A stretch of DNA of 61,968 nucleotides, counting the filler, from Porpidia crustulata (taxonomy: Eukaryota), in assembly GCA_964255105.1 (NCBI GenBank). It is 11 parts of 11 records of this genome, joined end to end, with 100 filler letters (N's around TTAATTAATTAA, not from the genome) between each part and the next. Parts side by side here need not be neighbours in the genome. Positions count along the whole stretch, not along the records: positions 45,181 to 50,714 come from CAXUWE010001778.1; positions 50,815 to 56,342 come from CAXUWE010001779.1; positions 56,443 to 61,968 come from CAXUWE010001780.1; 8 more parts are not named here. The stretch is one strand, 5' to 3'. Shown one piece after another: positions 49,922 through 61,968 of the stretch (positions are counted from its first letter, which is position 1; each line of letters begins with the position of its first letter). A program made the position numbers and the translations under genes. The notes below the pieces were generated by a model. That model did no database searches. It was given only the letters and a program-made list of their open reading frames with translations, and was not told the origin of the DNA.

Positions 49922-50814
49922 TGTTTATATCGCGTTGTTAATGAATTTTTTTGGTGTATCTCAAGCCTAATCGCTGTCTAGTAGTCGTGCCAAGTACAGT
50001 GTCATAAAACGATCTCAACCCAGACAAAAAAATTTCATCGCGCCTATTTGAACGCAGAGGTACCGGTGTGACTCATCAAAATATTTTCATCCACCAGGGA
50101 TGGTCGAAAGTCTTTTGAACCAGAAGTCAAGACTAAAAAGGAAGGTCGGAACAAAAATCCTTCAATTCCGACTTTTACATGCATCCAAGGTCAGTATCGC
50201 CAAATTGGATCACTATTGTATCCAGTGTCATGTTGAAGCTGCTTTCGAATGCCATATTTATCTCATCCTTGTTCTTGATTGTCTTATTCATCGCCGGTGA
50301 TTTTGAAATTGCTTTTTCTTTCTTTCTTTCTTCTCTTTTTCCTTTTCTTGCTTTTTCGCTTCCTTTGTTTTTACTTTCGATCTGAAGCACCATTTTTCAT
50401 CTTTGTCGATCGCTTGTCTTCTGCATTTACATAAATTTTCATCTTCCGAAACCCGCATGTCGATCTTCTAATTCCTCGTCCTCTCTCTTCTCTCTTCTAA
50501 TAACCCACTCAAAAGACATCAATCCTCTCATCACCTTTTCTCTCGTCCTTTTCTTTCCGTTTCCCACCTTTCCATTCTCAGGGTTCTTTATCTTCTCTTT
50601 TTATTGTCTTTTCTTCATTCTTTTCTTCTTCATTTTCAATTTCTTCTCTCTCCTCTTTCCTTCCCCCTTCCCCCTTCCCCCGTTCTTTGCGTCTCAATCC
50701 GTCCGGTTCGATTTNNNNNNNNNNNNNNNNNNNNNNNNNNNNNNNNNNNNNNNNNNNNTTAATTAATTAANNNNNNNNNNNNNNNNNNNNNNNNNNNNNN
50801 NNNNNNNNNNNNNN

Positions 50815-51202
50815 GTTTGTTAGCATGTAGCCGCCGAAGAGCGAGTGCTTTGACGTTGGTGGCGACATTCGGAGATTGTTCGGTAGACAGTGCGTCATTA
50901 GCCAGAGCGAGTCGCTGGGTCACGAGATGATGGTTCACAAGAGCAAAAGCACCGGTAGGGAAGAGGTTCACAGAAACATCGAGATATCCGGCATCTCGAG
51001 CGCCGTGAACGAGGGCAGTGTTGGTGAAGCCATGACGTGGGACATGATGGAGAGCGGCGGAGAGGATAGCGTTCTCGGTAGTGGTGAAAGGGGGAGGAGT
51101 ATGATGCTCATACGAGTAGTACGTGCGAGTGCATATTGATGGTCGATGGACTGCAGACAGTGTAGAAGATCTCAGGGAGCGGAGAATGTTCGGCGTGGCC
51201 AT
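50815..51202 (-). CDS. COQ9: Ubiquinone biosynthesis protein Coq9 (3' truncated)
   Basis: Arg/Ser-rich presequence then ILSAALHHVPRHGFTNTAL..GARDAGYLDVSVNLFP.GAFALV. Confidence 0.85.
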
Positions 51203-52898
51203 TAATCGGTCTGTACGTAGGAAGCTCACCGAACTTCGCCAATGAGTCTCAAGCTGCGGCTAGTTCCGATCCCGCACCCCAAGCTGTGTGATTCGAGTGC
51301 GTAGGCAGCTCAGGTATCTGGTACATCGTCAAGGCCTAACACCGTACCTTTTGTCTGCAGTAGTCTACCTCATCACAAGGTCCCGAGGCGTTTGGCCGCC
51401 GCGGGAACCTACCCTACACCTGGACGGGATCCATCCTTCCATTGCACACACTTCTTAATACTAAAACAACGTCAGGAGAGTCTTTCTAGGTGGAGACTTT
51501 TTGATTCGTTGTCAATTTGGCCCTTGTGGATCTCTACGCAAAGCTAACCCGAGAAGATTGCGAATGTGTAATCCCGTTTCTATCAGGCTATCATACTTAA
51601 CCCCTCAGTCTATTCTTCCTTACGCCCATGCCTGTATCTCAGCCCTGACGGGATAAAGCTACGCTGAGATCCTATTGGCGAGTCTTACAAATTAGCAATA
51701 TCGATCGTAACCAGGATTGTTGGAATGCTCTGCATAGCGAATGACTCGCATCGAATGACCGACGTGCAAGGCCTTATCTTTGAAGCCCTCGAAAGTCTGG
51801 AGCGCCGATAGATGGGCACCTCCAATGCCCTGTGCAGCAGAGTGACTGAATGTCCCTGTGATCACAATGGTTCTCGTCAATAGGCTGGGTGATATGTAGA
51901 CTTTGATAGATGGTGTTAACAGCGCCTGGTCGGTTGGGAACGCTAGGCAACTCTAGCACCTGTCAACCCCCGGGTGGAGCCTCATGCCGTTTAATCTTCT
52001 TGTCGAATATCCTGGTCAAGGAGATGGTGGAGATTTAGGGAGGACCGATCAGCGAGGTATTCGTTCCTGACGATCGAAAACGACGTTTCCGATATTCTAT
52101 CACGCCCATGGAGCAGACCACTAACAATCAATTCAAGTCACTGTGAACCCAAGTTGTAGACTTGCAGTAGTGAGCTGCTACTTCATTTCTCCATTCGATT
52201 GGATTAATCGATGATCGCACCCAGGCAGAATCAAGCCACAAGTTTTGACATGGGTAATGGCCTTGAGGAACGGACTTTGTAGAGAGTGCTCGTGCGTATC
52301 AGACGTACTGATTGGCGATCTGATACCTCAGATGGCAACTGCCTGTTGTTTTAATCTCCACTGCTCGGAGATTTGGTCAGAATGAGTTGCAGAATGCCTC
52401 ATTGCCCTCTAACACGGAAGATGATACATATGGCAGATTGGACTCTCAAGCAAAAGGGTAATTGCCCTTAGCAGACTATCGAGTATGTGGAAAGGCATGT
52501 CGATTCATTCGGCGGTGGTGAAGAGTTGAAAGGTGTTCCATTCGTTACCTTAGTTACCTTAGCGCCTTGATATCCCGTATGGTACTGCGGATCGCTTCCA
52601 TTAGCGCACTTGGAGAAAAGCCTTATGAGGGATGTACAACGTTCATGTACCTGCTACCACTCTCTCTCTTTGATCCCACACCCTTTCAATTAACTTCTTT
52701 CGCCATACAAATTTGTATTTCAGGCATTTCGCCATCCTGGTAGGTCAGTGCATTGCCGCTTGTGCTCCCACTCAGGTCGATCGATTGGTTATTCGAGCCT
52801 GTACGGCCACTGCGCCTAAGCCCGTCGTTCTCCAGGCCTTCTTCACCGACCACCTGTTAGATTATTGAGGTATGTTTCATTCCCTTGGGGTGGGAAAT

Positions 52899-52961
52899 GC
52901 GGTGATGAGAGTTGGGCTGCTGCATCCTTGGTCTGTTGCGCACGAGCATTGAGGCTGATCG
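52899..52961 (+). ncRNA. Candidate intronic box C/D snoRNA
   Basis: GTGATGA (52902-52908) and CTGA (52955-52958) with a 3-bp closing stem, downstream of a GTATGT donor at about 52870; target not identified. Confidence 0.3.
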
Positions 52962-53328
52962 GGGAACCGCGATTTTTACTAGGGGATTAAAAGAAAGCAA
53001 AAATTACTCGCAACGGCATTGCAAGGCAAAACTAGGCAACTTGGAGCTGCAGCCCCACACCCCACACCTCATCAATCTATCCTTCTTGCCAAAACCCTTC
53101 TGCGACAGACAGCCAGTCATTCGAATATTTGAGTGGTCCGGTACTCAGTCCTCGCGCTCCCGAAGCACTCTCCGGAGTCGATTAGTGCTAGATATCGTTG
53201 ACCGTTCCGAGTAAACCCCTGTCCGCGCCTGGCTGCCCAGCTACACATTTCTCGTGCACCCATCACAGTCACAGTGCCTCGAACAAAGAAATCCCTCGGC
53301 AATCGTACTTTTCTGCTACACTACTATC

Positions 53329-55777
53329 ATGGGTCGGTCTTCTCTCCCCCCATCCTTATGTACTAAGCTAGCATCTTGACGGTCTTCGGCGAAACGTTGT
53401 CCCTCTCTTCTTGCCAGACTTGAAACGCGCCTGTTTTGTCATCCGCCTGGATTGTGATTCTTATAAATGTGAGAGACGACGCTCACCATTTTGATAATAG
53501 ATTCCGCCGACACCTATCGTCCCCACGCAGTAAGTTGTAGAATTTTCATGAGTAACGTATTGTTTCTTGTTCCGAAGTGTTTGGTGGCTTGGCTTATTAA
53601 TGATGGTATTCGCGGGCGAAAACTTCACACCCGGTCCCTTGAGAATTCACTTTTTTTATGATTACCACCCAACACACAAATCGCAAAAATCTCCCGTATA
53701 TTCTCTTCAGTTTGGCGGTTCCGTGTCTCCCAAGGAATATATGCCGCAATGTTACATTCGATCAAGGACGAGGCTTCAGGAATGTTGGACATGCACTACA
53801 ATACTAACGTTTTGAAGCGGGAGAGATCACGATCCCCCAGACGTCGCTCACGTAGTCCTCGTCGTAGTCGCCGTTCCTACTCTCCTCGTAGCCGGTCCCG
53901 CAGCCGCGACGACTATCGCAGAAGCGAGCGCCGTTCCCGGTCGCCGATGAGTGGTGGTGCTGGAAGCTACGGTCGTGGCGCAGCACTACCAGCTAGAAGC
54001 TTAGAAGAACGTGCTCAGGCGAAGGAACAAATGATGGCTTCAGTCCGGGAATCCTCACAGCAAGAACGTCGAGTCTACGTCGGCAACCTCTCGTACGACG
54101 TCAAGTGGCACCATCTCAAAGATTTTATGAGGCAAGGTAGGCGTTTAAATACTTCCAGCTCGACTCTCGCTCGCCACCGAATAGCTGATAGCTGATCGTC
54201 TCTACTTTAGCGGGGGAGGTTCTCTTTGCAGACGTGTTGTTACTTCCGAATGGAATGTCGAAGGTGGGCGCCAATACGTAGACGTGGCTGGTCTTCTTGG
54301 TTTTGTTTTGGTTGTTGGACGTTGGATTGACGGATGGGACTTTGTCCGCGGGTTATGTAGGGATGCGGGTGAGTTGTTCCCAACGACGTGTTGTTGACCG
54401 TAGCTAACGGTTTCCAGTATTGTGGAATATGCGACGAGGGAACAAGCCCAGCAAGCGGTAAACACCCTTAGCAACCAGAATCTTATGGGTCGACTCGTCT
54501 ACGTTCGAGAGGTACGTAAAACTTTTTAATCTCAGCAATTTCGATTTCACCTGAAGCGCTCCTCGTTCTGGCCCACGGAAGTCTGACTGTCGTTGCTCGT
54601 TAGGATCGCGAAGCGGAACCACGGTTCACTGGACCACCTGCGGCTCGTGGTGGCTACGAAGGGGCTCCTCCTCGCGGCGGTGGCTTCGGGTACGGCGGGG
54701 CAGCGCCTTCACCTTCCGGCGGCGGTCGTCAGATATTCATCAATAACGTGAGTTTCGTCCATGCGCGCTCTCGTTCTCCCTGAGAGCGTTTCTAACCATA
54801 CCGAATACAGCTGCCTTATACCGTTGGCTGGCAAGATCTCAAGGATTTGTTTCGTCAAGCTGGTACGTACAACCTGGAAAGCTAACAGCACCCAGTATTC
54901 TTCCTGCATAGGAAAGTATTGATCGTTCTCTATTAGCCCAGCAAGGTGCCGTCATCCGTGCGGATGTTCATTTAGGTCATGACGGCCGTCCAAAGGGCTC
55001 GGGAGTTGTTGCGTTCGAGAGCCCCGACGATGCCCGCAATGCCATTTCTCAATTCAATGGCTATGAATGGCAAGGCCGTACATTGGAGGTACGTGAAGAT
55101 CGTTTCGCAGGACCTCCTGGCGGCGGTTTTGGAAGCCGTGGTGGCTTTGGAGGTGGCATGGGTGGTGGACGTGGAGGTTTCAGTAGTCGGGGCGGCTACG
55201 GTGGTCGTGGATCCTTTGCTGGTGGTTATGGGGGTCGTGGCGGTGGCTATGGAGGTGGTTATGGTGGCCCTCCCTCTGGAAGCTTTGAGGCCGCTGGTGC
55301 TCCAGGTGCCGTCGCTCCACCAAACCCTTTCACCGACTTTGCTTCTTCGGGAGGTGAACGGAACGAGGTCATCTATGTCCGAAATGTAAGCACCTGTTCG
55401 TATCATACTTTCTATTGGTCACTAATGAATTCAGCTGCCTTGGTCTACAAGCAACGAAGATCTGGTTGAATTATTCTCAACTATCGGCAAGGTGGATCGT
55501 GCTGAGATTCAGTATGAGCCAAACGGTCGCTCGCGTGGCACTGGTGTGGTTCAGTTCGACACTGCTGAGAATGCCGAGACTGCGATTTGTAAGTCACCTT
55601 TGCGCCATACACAGCAGTCACCGCAATGCTGACCCTGTGCCAGCCAAATTCACTGGATACCAGTATGGTGGACGCCCCCTCGGGCTGACCTTTGTCAAAT
55701 ACATGAACCCCGATAACGGCGATCCCATGGAGGGTAACGATGGAGCCCTGGGGATGACGCAAGATCAGATCATGTAA
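53329..55777 (+). CDS. GBP2: SR/RGG RNA-binding protein with three RRMs (Gbp2/Hrb1-like), many short exons
   Basis: RS-repeat N-terminus; [47 protein letters not shown] tract; [19 protein letters not shown]. Confidence 0.88.
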
Positions 55778-56734
55778 CACCTCGAAAAAGTACCTGTCTA
55801 CACCACGTTACTGCAGATATCGATCATTTATCTGTTTAAAAGATTGTTTTTATCCGACCCGAATCTCGTACGCACGATCCAAATCTCACACATCAACCAA
55901 GATATCTGCTATGGAGGGTCGAAAGAATAATTCCGCTCTTTATCTGGCTGATGTGCGAGGGGAAAAGGAACTTTTACCAATTTGTACCATCATCACTTTT
56001 CCTTTCCTTTCCTTTATTAGCTTTTTCCTTCAAATATGCTCTCTCTCTCGTTGGGATTTCCAGAGCTTTCTGAGTAGTTAAAACCGGAAAAGGAAAATTT
56101 TTGTCCAAGATTCGGTGGTGGTTTGAAATGGTTTCTTTCTTTTCGCTAGCCAGTCATATGAATAGAATATCTGATGTTAGATTCGCTTCATGTTGCTGCC
56201 TTCGCGACTGAGTTCACACCCGATTTCAAGTTTGGCGGTGGGTAAAGTGCTATATACGGTACCGCGGATCATCCCTCCTTCTCATATATGACCTTTCCAT
56301 CCAGTCCAACCCAACCCGACCCAACCCAGCCTACATACATGGNNNNNNNNNNNNNNNNNNNNNNNNNNNNNNNNNNNNNNNNNNNNTTAATTAATTAANN
56401 NNNNNNNNNNNNNNNNNNNNNNNNNNNNNNNNNNNNNNNNNNGTGTGCTCGGAGTCTGGTTTCGATGCATAAGGTGTTTGGTCTCTCAATGTATCACGAG
56501 CAATGCGATCATATAGAGCTCTATTGACTTCCAACGGCCTAGACAGCAAGTAAGTATATCTACTATTACTGTCCAATTGCTTGTACATGCATGAACCGCT
56601 GTGAAACTATTGGATCCTGCTAGGCTACCTATCTCAAGGTCTAGTGACAACGATTGTAGACGTATATTGATACATTCCGAGTTTGGAACACACCCACGAA
56701 GCCATGCTAGAGGCTGGACGGCCACCGTTCAGAA

Positions 56735-57892
56735 TTAAGACCCAGAAGACCAAGAGACTACACGAACACGGCCGTCGCTATCGCAGATAAAAGTATCAAG
56801 ATTGGTCGCATTACGCGCAATTGCTGATACCCTTGCTTCGGACTGCTCAGGCGTTGCGATCAGGTCCCAATTTCCATTGCTGCTGCTCCAATCACTGTCG
56901 GCACCCCAAGCGGTGTGGGAGAGCTTCTTATCTGCGCTGGAGGCAAATACCTCAATGTTGGAAATTGAGAGAGATAACGCTGCCACTTGCGTGTTGGCAG
57001 AGAATTTTTCCGTCCCTGGCACGGTACCCCATGTATCATTGGCACCACTCCAATTACCAGAGGTGTACCAGTATGAGTGGTAAACGGAGCCATCACTGCC
57101 GGCAATGAACACGTCCAGGTTATCGGGTGAGCGTGATACCACCGAAATCTCCTTCCCTGGCGCGAATAGGGCTGTCTTCTCATCGCCAGAAGAAAATGCA
57201 CCGCCGATGGAGCCCCAGCCATTGAGCCCCGACCAGCTATTGTCTTGAGTCCACCAAGCATGGTAAATCCTACCGTCACTACCGACGACAAAGAGATCAA
57301 GATGCTCTGGATTTCTGGCGACTGCGGCGACTTTTGCATTGGCCGGAACAGAATCTGCAGGGTAGACAGGACCGATGCTATTCCATTTGGACCAGTCCGC
57401 TGTTTCTGCCCACCACTTGTTGTAAACATTTCCATCAGCTCCAACTGCAAACAAGTCCAGTGTAGTTTCATACCGAGCCACTACTGCGACTTCGGCTCCT
57501 GGAGGAAAGGCCTGGCCGGGATTGCCAAGATTGCTCCAGTCTTGGTCGACAGCCGACCATCCATAGTCCGGGCTCCACCAGCAGCCTCGAACGTCGCCGT
57601 TACTATCTACCACGAAGACGTCTAGATGGTCCCCATGACGTGAGACTGCAGAGACCTTGGCTCCAGGGGAAAAGGAGCCCCCGATTGAGCCCCACTTGTC
57701 ACCAATGCCGGACCAATCGTTTCCGGTGGCCCACCATGAGCTGTACACTTTCCCGTCATCGCCAATCACAAAAGCATCAATGTGTTCAGGATTGCGAGAG
57801 ACTGAAGTAACGGGTGCACCCTTTGGAAAAATTCCACCTATTTCTTGCTGATTCCAGCCGCTAGCCGTTCGCTGATCGCCTATGGTTGCCAT
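56735..57892 (-). CDS. Seven-repeat Trp-rich beta-propeller, fucose-lectin (AAL/PLL)-like
   Basis: Seven ~50-aa repeats of V.AVSR...LDVFV.G.DG.VYH.WW....W; no signal peptide; coding region intronless. Confidence 0.8.
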   Translation of the reverse strand: MATIGDQRTASGWNQQEIGGIFPKGAPVTSVSRNPEHIDAFVIGDDGKVYSSWWATGNDWSGIGDKWGSIGGSFSPGAKVSAVSRHGDHLDVFVVDSNGDVRGCWWSPDYGWSAVDQDWSNLGNPGQAFPPGAEVAVVARYETTLDLFAVGADGNVYNKWWAETADWSKWNSIGPVYPADSVPANAKVAAVARNPEHLDLFVVGSDGRIYHAWWTQDNSWSGLNGWGSIGGAFSSGDEKTALFAPGKEISVVSRSPDNLDVFIAGSDGSVYHSYWYTSGNWSGANDTWGTVPGTEKFSANTQVAALSLSISNIEVFASSADKKLSHTAWGADSDWSSSNGNWDLIATPEQSEARVSAIARNATNLDTFICDSDGRVRVVSWSSGS

Positions 57893-59431
57893 TGCTATCT
57901 ATGTAAATAAGGTAATCGTGAAACGAACTTGACCTTTGACTTGATCTTGTTAGCACCCCAAAGCTTTGATACTGGGATTGAGGAAAGCGTACAATTTGTT
58001 TCTTGTTGAGCTTGATAGATAGCCGAAACACCCGCAGAAAATGAATTAGAGAAGGCAACCTACTTATGCTCGATTTCACTTGACTGCGAGTTACAAGCCA
58101 TTGGGAGAACCGAGATCCTCCAGGCGAGTCTATGCATGCTCCGCAACGCTGTGTGCCACCTCTTGTATTCTAGAGGTCTTGTGACACCAGCGATGTAGGT
58201 ATAATCCTGGGGCTATGATGAGCAGTGCTTGGAATGATGGCAACTCAGCTGGCGTAATTGCTTTTTCGGATAAGTGGGACGATACTTGTTCATGTAGTAG
58301 ATGCTCCTCCGAGTGGGCCCGGGGAGCCAAGTCGTTCCATACCGATCCTGATGAATTGGGAATTCAGATATCCGCCTCGCTCAGCTATGTAGATCATTGG
58401 ATGGAGCAAAATAGGGGGTGCCCTAAGTACCACGCTGGCTCCAAACGAGCGACTTAAAGTGAAGAGACCTCCACCACCAAACAGAGAAGGACCCAAGCAT
58501 GCGGTATTTTGACGACTTGTACAGCAAATCAGTCCCAAAGGACGAATTAGAAATTCTTCATCTACCACTAGCCAACGGATATTGTGGAGTATTGGTCGAG
58601 TTGTTCGGCCACATCGCCACGAGCATCTCCGAAAACCTAAACTTGAGGGGTAAGCATGGTATTGCTATGACTGTGCATATTTACAATTGTGGCCGTGACA
58701 ATGAGATCCGAACAGATGCGGCTTCATGGCGAGGAGTAGAAGTTAGTAAGCATTGAAGTAATTCGCTTTGTGTGAGTGGAGGTGACACTAGAAGGTTATA
58801 AATTCACGATGCCCGATATCAGAGCTGTTTGCTGGAGCAAATGAAAACATAAGAAATGGAGCACAACATGGACTGATGTGCGACTGAACCAAAAAACATC
58901 AGCTGAATTTGATAGCAAATATACTGCGAGAACTCACTGCGACATGGCATCCCAGTTCTTCTCATCCCCACTCTGAAGTAGGCACTCATGCTCAATCCGC
59001 CATGCGCATAGATCAGGAAGGAAGATGACGTGATCGGAATCTAGGAACTTACTTCGGGTAATAAGTGCATGAACAAGTAGATCTTGAACCCGTTACCTCA
59101 TATCGAAATGCAGTAGCTTGCATAGGACCTCGGACCATGCGTTTCGATTCTAGGGACGGCACATGCACATTCTTTCTTCTTCGAACCCTCACATAGCTTT
59201 GGGGCATGGTTACTCGACTTGGCAAGGCAGAAAGAAAAAGAACGTAGACAATTCTCGAATAAAGACCCATGGGACAGGCGGCGAGATGAGGTATTGAAGG
59301 CTTCAGTTTTTTCTACTGAAGTAGTACGTCCAGACTGAATAATGCTCTGATAAATTATGCAAGCTTAACATCTATCCAACTTGACGCATGCAGGCACGCA
59401 GATTCATCGAAGTATCCCGATACATTTTCAG

Positions 59432-59734
59432 TCACATCACTACACAATGACAGTCGATACCGACATCTGATCTGCTTGGTCCAGTCCCCCATTTAAAACC
59501 AGAGGCAATGCTTGAGACCATTCGAATTCTGTCACCGTCATAATCATTTTTCTTATCACATTCCGGGCACAAGTCTTTTTCCGCCCATCTGTATTTCAAA
59601 CCGTCTGGGTTTCGGGTCCTTCCATCCTCAAATGAATCGCAGTTGCTGAAGTTCTTGCCTTCCCTGCAAGGATTCTTCAGTTCGACCCAAAGATGATTAC
59701 ACGAAGGGCTTCTCCAAAATTGGGCAGTGCACAT
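59432..59734 (-). CDS. 100-aa Cys-rich protein with C-terminal CaaX motif
   Basis: MC...C.H.W...C...C...CPEC pattern, ends CHCVVM*; CAAAATG start context and an apparent 5'UTR intron. Confidence 0.7.
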   Translation of the reverse strand: MCTAQFWRSPSCNHLWVELKNPCREGKNFSNCDSFEDGRTRNPDGLKYRWAEKDLCPECDKKNDYDGDRIRMVSSIASGFKWGTGPSRSDVGIDCHCVVM

Positions 59735-60253
59735 TTTGATAGTGGGTACTATAAGGCTGTAGAATCTTGTCAATTTCAAAAGAGAAATACGCACTGACAT
59801 TGGTACCTGTACAACGCCGTCCGTTGTCCGCCAATTTCCACGACGAAGATGTCCGGCTCCTGCGATATCGGCAACGCAAATAAAATCTTGAGCTATAAAG
59901 GGCGCCTGAAGAGGGCCTCGAATCGCGGTAGTGAGCGCTATCGACGGTACATTTGATACTGGTACATATAGCCTTATGTGAAAGCCTGCATGTGGTTCGA
60001 GAAGCCAGGAATTTTTGGAGTTCTGTGCAAAAAATTGTAGAGAAGCAGAAATAAAAATGTTATGTGGACTATGAAAGCATCAGCTCCAGTAAATGCGAGA
60101 ACTACTGAAGCTGGGGAGTCAAGTTTTTGGATGAATTACCCATGACACATTGTCGTCCGCGCCCCTTTCAATCACGGGCTCGGGGAAGGCCATTCACAAC
60201 GTCGAATGAAGCACCGAGTGCAGACGCCGATGGCTGGTCTCAACGTAGGTGCC

Positions 60254-60766
60254 TCAAGAGCTTTCGTCGCTCCCATCGTGTTTCTGCTTCTGGATCGCCT
60301 GCATGAGTTCATACAATTGCCCCAGCTGCTGGTCTGAATATGCCCTTCAAGTCAGCACTCTTTAAAAGTGTCGAGCATCGTCAATACACACCGCTCATTT
60401 TGTCAATTTTGCCGCTGTCTATCTTTTCGCCTTGCCATAATTCTCCTTCGATCTGCTGGGCGTACATCTGCCACTCCGTCAAGAATCCAATCTATCATGG
60501 TCACAGGTCAGCATGAAAATTCAATGCCCGTTTCCAAAGTGACTCACAATATGCATAGGATTTTCGACGTTCCTGTGTGCGCGAAACTCGCTTTTGATAT
60601 ACTCATCCCCAAGCACTCGCATCTTCTTTTGCAAAAATTTCCTATGGGTTCGCAATAATCTCCTGTAGAGGGGGATAGGGGGCAATAAAGCCATTGGGGC
60701 TGGTCTAAGGCTATTCGTGGACCCAACCGCTGTGGGCGTTGCCAACATTCGCAGAGAGATTCTCAT
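60254..60766 (-). CDS. SDH7: Succinate dehydrogenase assembly factor 3 (Sdh7/Acn9, LYR family), 3 exons
   Basis: LLPPIPLYRRLLRTHRKFL...RVLGDEYIKSEFRAHRNVENPMHI / IGFLTEWQMYAQ / QLGQLYELMQAI. Confidence 0.9.
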
Positions 60767-60990
60767 AGTTATGTACTGAAGCCCAACTGATGGCAGAGGT
60801 AGAGTAAACTTGCAACGGCAAGTTAGGTACACTACGATCTTCCACAATATTTTCATCTTCAATGCTGACATCATTTGTCGCGGTTATCTAGATTGTGGAA
60901 CCTCGGCAAACCCCACTCCGCATGGCCCCTGCGTTCAATACTAGCGTAGAATCTATCGTCCATCCATAAGACTGCACTTCATTCAGCGAG

Positions 60991-61770
60991 ATGCTGCCAA
61001 CGCCATCTACCTCTCATGTAGACGTAGACCGCGTCTACGAGCCAGCTGAAGACTCGTTCCTATTACTCGATACGCTTTCTTCTGCATCTGAAACCGAGTT
61101 CCTGAAGCACCGTTTCTCTGCTCATACGAATGAGCAACCATCACCAGCGCCCCTTGTGTTTGAAGTCGGCACCGGCTCCGGCGTCGTTCTTGCATTCGTT
61201 ACAGCTAACGCGGAAGCTATCTTTGGGAGAACAGATCTATTGAATTTGGGGATAGACATCAATCGAACTGCGTGCGAAGCCACGAATCAAACTGTGGTGC
61301 GAGCGTGCAAAGACACTCACGTTGGGAAGCCGTTGGGTTCTGCTGTGTTCTTAGCATCGCTGAACGCAAATTTGGGGACTTCAATTCGCCCCGGGACGGT
61401 TGACATGCTCATCTTCAATCCGCCTTATGTGCCGACGCCTGAGCTTCCCATTCCCAACATCGGGGGCGAAGGGCAGGAACGTAACGTCAAAGTTAGTGGG
61501 TTTGACAGCGATTCTCATCTCCTCTCTTTTTCATATTCAGGCGGGGTTGATGGGATGGAAGTCACAGACAAGCTGTTGCTTCAACTGCCGAGCCTTTTGA
61601 GCTCGGATAGAGGTGTGGCGTACATCGTGCTATGCAAGCAGAACAAGCCTGCACAGGTCATACGCCGGCTCCGGGATTGGGGCTCGGCTTGGTCAGTAGA
61701 AGTTGTCAACCATTCGGGTAAAACAGGAGGTTGGGAGAAATTGCAGATTATTAGACTTTGCCGCACTTGA
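60991..61770 (+). CDS. MTQ2: eRF1 glutamine methyltransferase catalytic subunit (Mtq2/N6AMT1)
   Basis: VYEPAEDSFLLLD, EVGTGSG, IDIN, FNPPYVPT, GGVDGMEV, GWEKL. Confidence 0.92.
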   Translation: MLPTPSTSHVDVDRVYEPAEDSFLLLDTLSSASETEFLKHRFSAHTNEQPSPAPLVFEVGTGSGVVLAFVTANAEAIFGRTDLLNLGIDINRTACEATNQTVVRACKDTHVGKPLGSAVFLASLNANLGTSIRPGTVDMLIFNPPYVPTPELPIPNIGGEGQERNVKVSGFDSDSHLLSFSYSGGVDGMEVTDKLLLQLPSLLSSDRGVAYIVLCKQNKPAQVIRRLRDWGSAWSVEVVNHSGKTGGWEKLQIIRLCRT

Positions 61771-61968
61771 TTGGTATTGCTTATATAAAGACAATAAAAT
61801 GCGGTTTCAGGCCTAATTATTTTCGCGTAGCCCCTGGGCCCCTTGGGTTCGGATACGTCTTGAGCAGACTGCTGATGCCCAACGAGACCAATCCAACACC
61901 TTAAGTCATTCCTTCTCTCATCTATGCTTTTGGCTTGGAATAACATCCTTGTGAGACAAACCCATAAC

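Noticed and set aside
50100..50714. Lys/Glu-rich ORFs in a T/C-rich tract
   Set aside because: Low-complexity DNA with no recognisable domain; may be a TE relic but no termini are visible.
58130..58756. Short ORFs upstream of the lectin gene, and similar ones at 26608-27100 and 51692-51959
   Set aside because: No recognisable motif or consistent splice model.

Overview
Filamentous-ascomycete (Pezizomycotina) nuclear DNA with short GT-AG introns; a lichen-forming fungus is plausible but cannot be shown from the sequence. The window is not one locus. It is 11 unrelated contigs of 5561-5526 bp in descending size order, joined by artificial 100-bp N44-TTAATTAATTAA-N44 spacers, so gene neighbourhoods only mean something inside a contig. 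Conserved genes: SET3-like PHD/SET, isovaleryl-CoA dehydrogenase, class II glutamine amidotransferase, HBS1/SKI7, NIPA-like Mg transporter, GH20 hexosaminidase, mitochondrial MetRS fragment, RQT4, ferric reductase, SUB2, RPR2, COQ9, GBP2-like, SDH7 and MTQ2. Accessory genes: retropepsin-like protease, DUF6594, DUF6536, MpaB-like oxygenase, GNAT, a 7-blade lectin-like propeller and a CaaX microprotein. Most notable: (1) a fully decayed three-gene module (hidden 3-exon ~64-aa microprotein, CorA-like membrane gene split by a clean solo LTR, and a HeLo-type kinase-like gene); (2) a head-to-head retropepsin/DUF6594 pair; (3) nested long-range stems in the 478-bp SUB2 intron; (4) in-frame long and short splice paths for SKI7/HBS1; (5) a TA-flanked MITE family and other transposon ends at contig breaks. 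All family assignments come from motifs read by eye; no searches were run.
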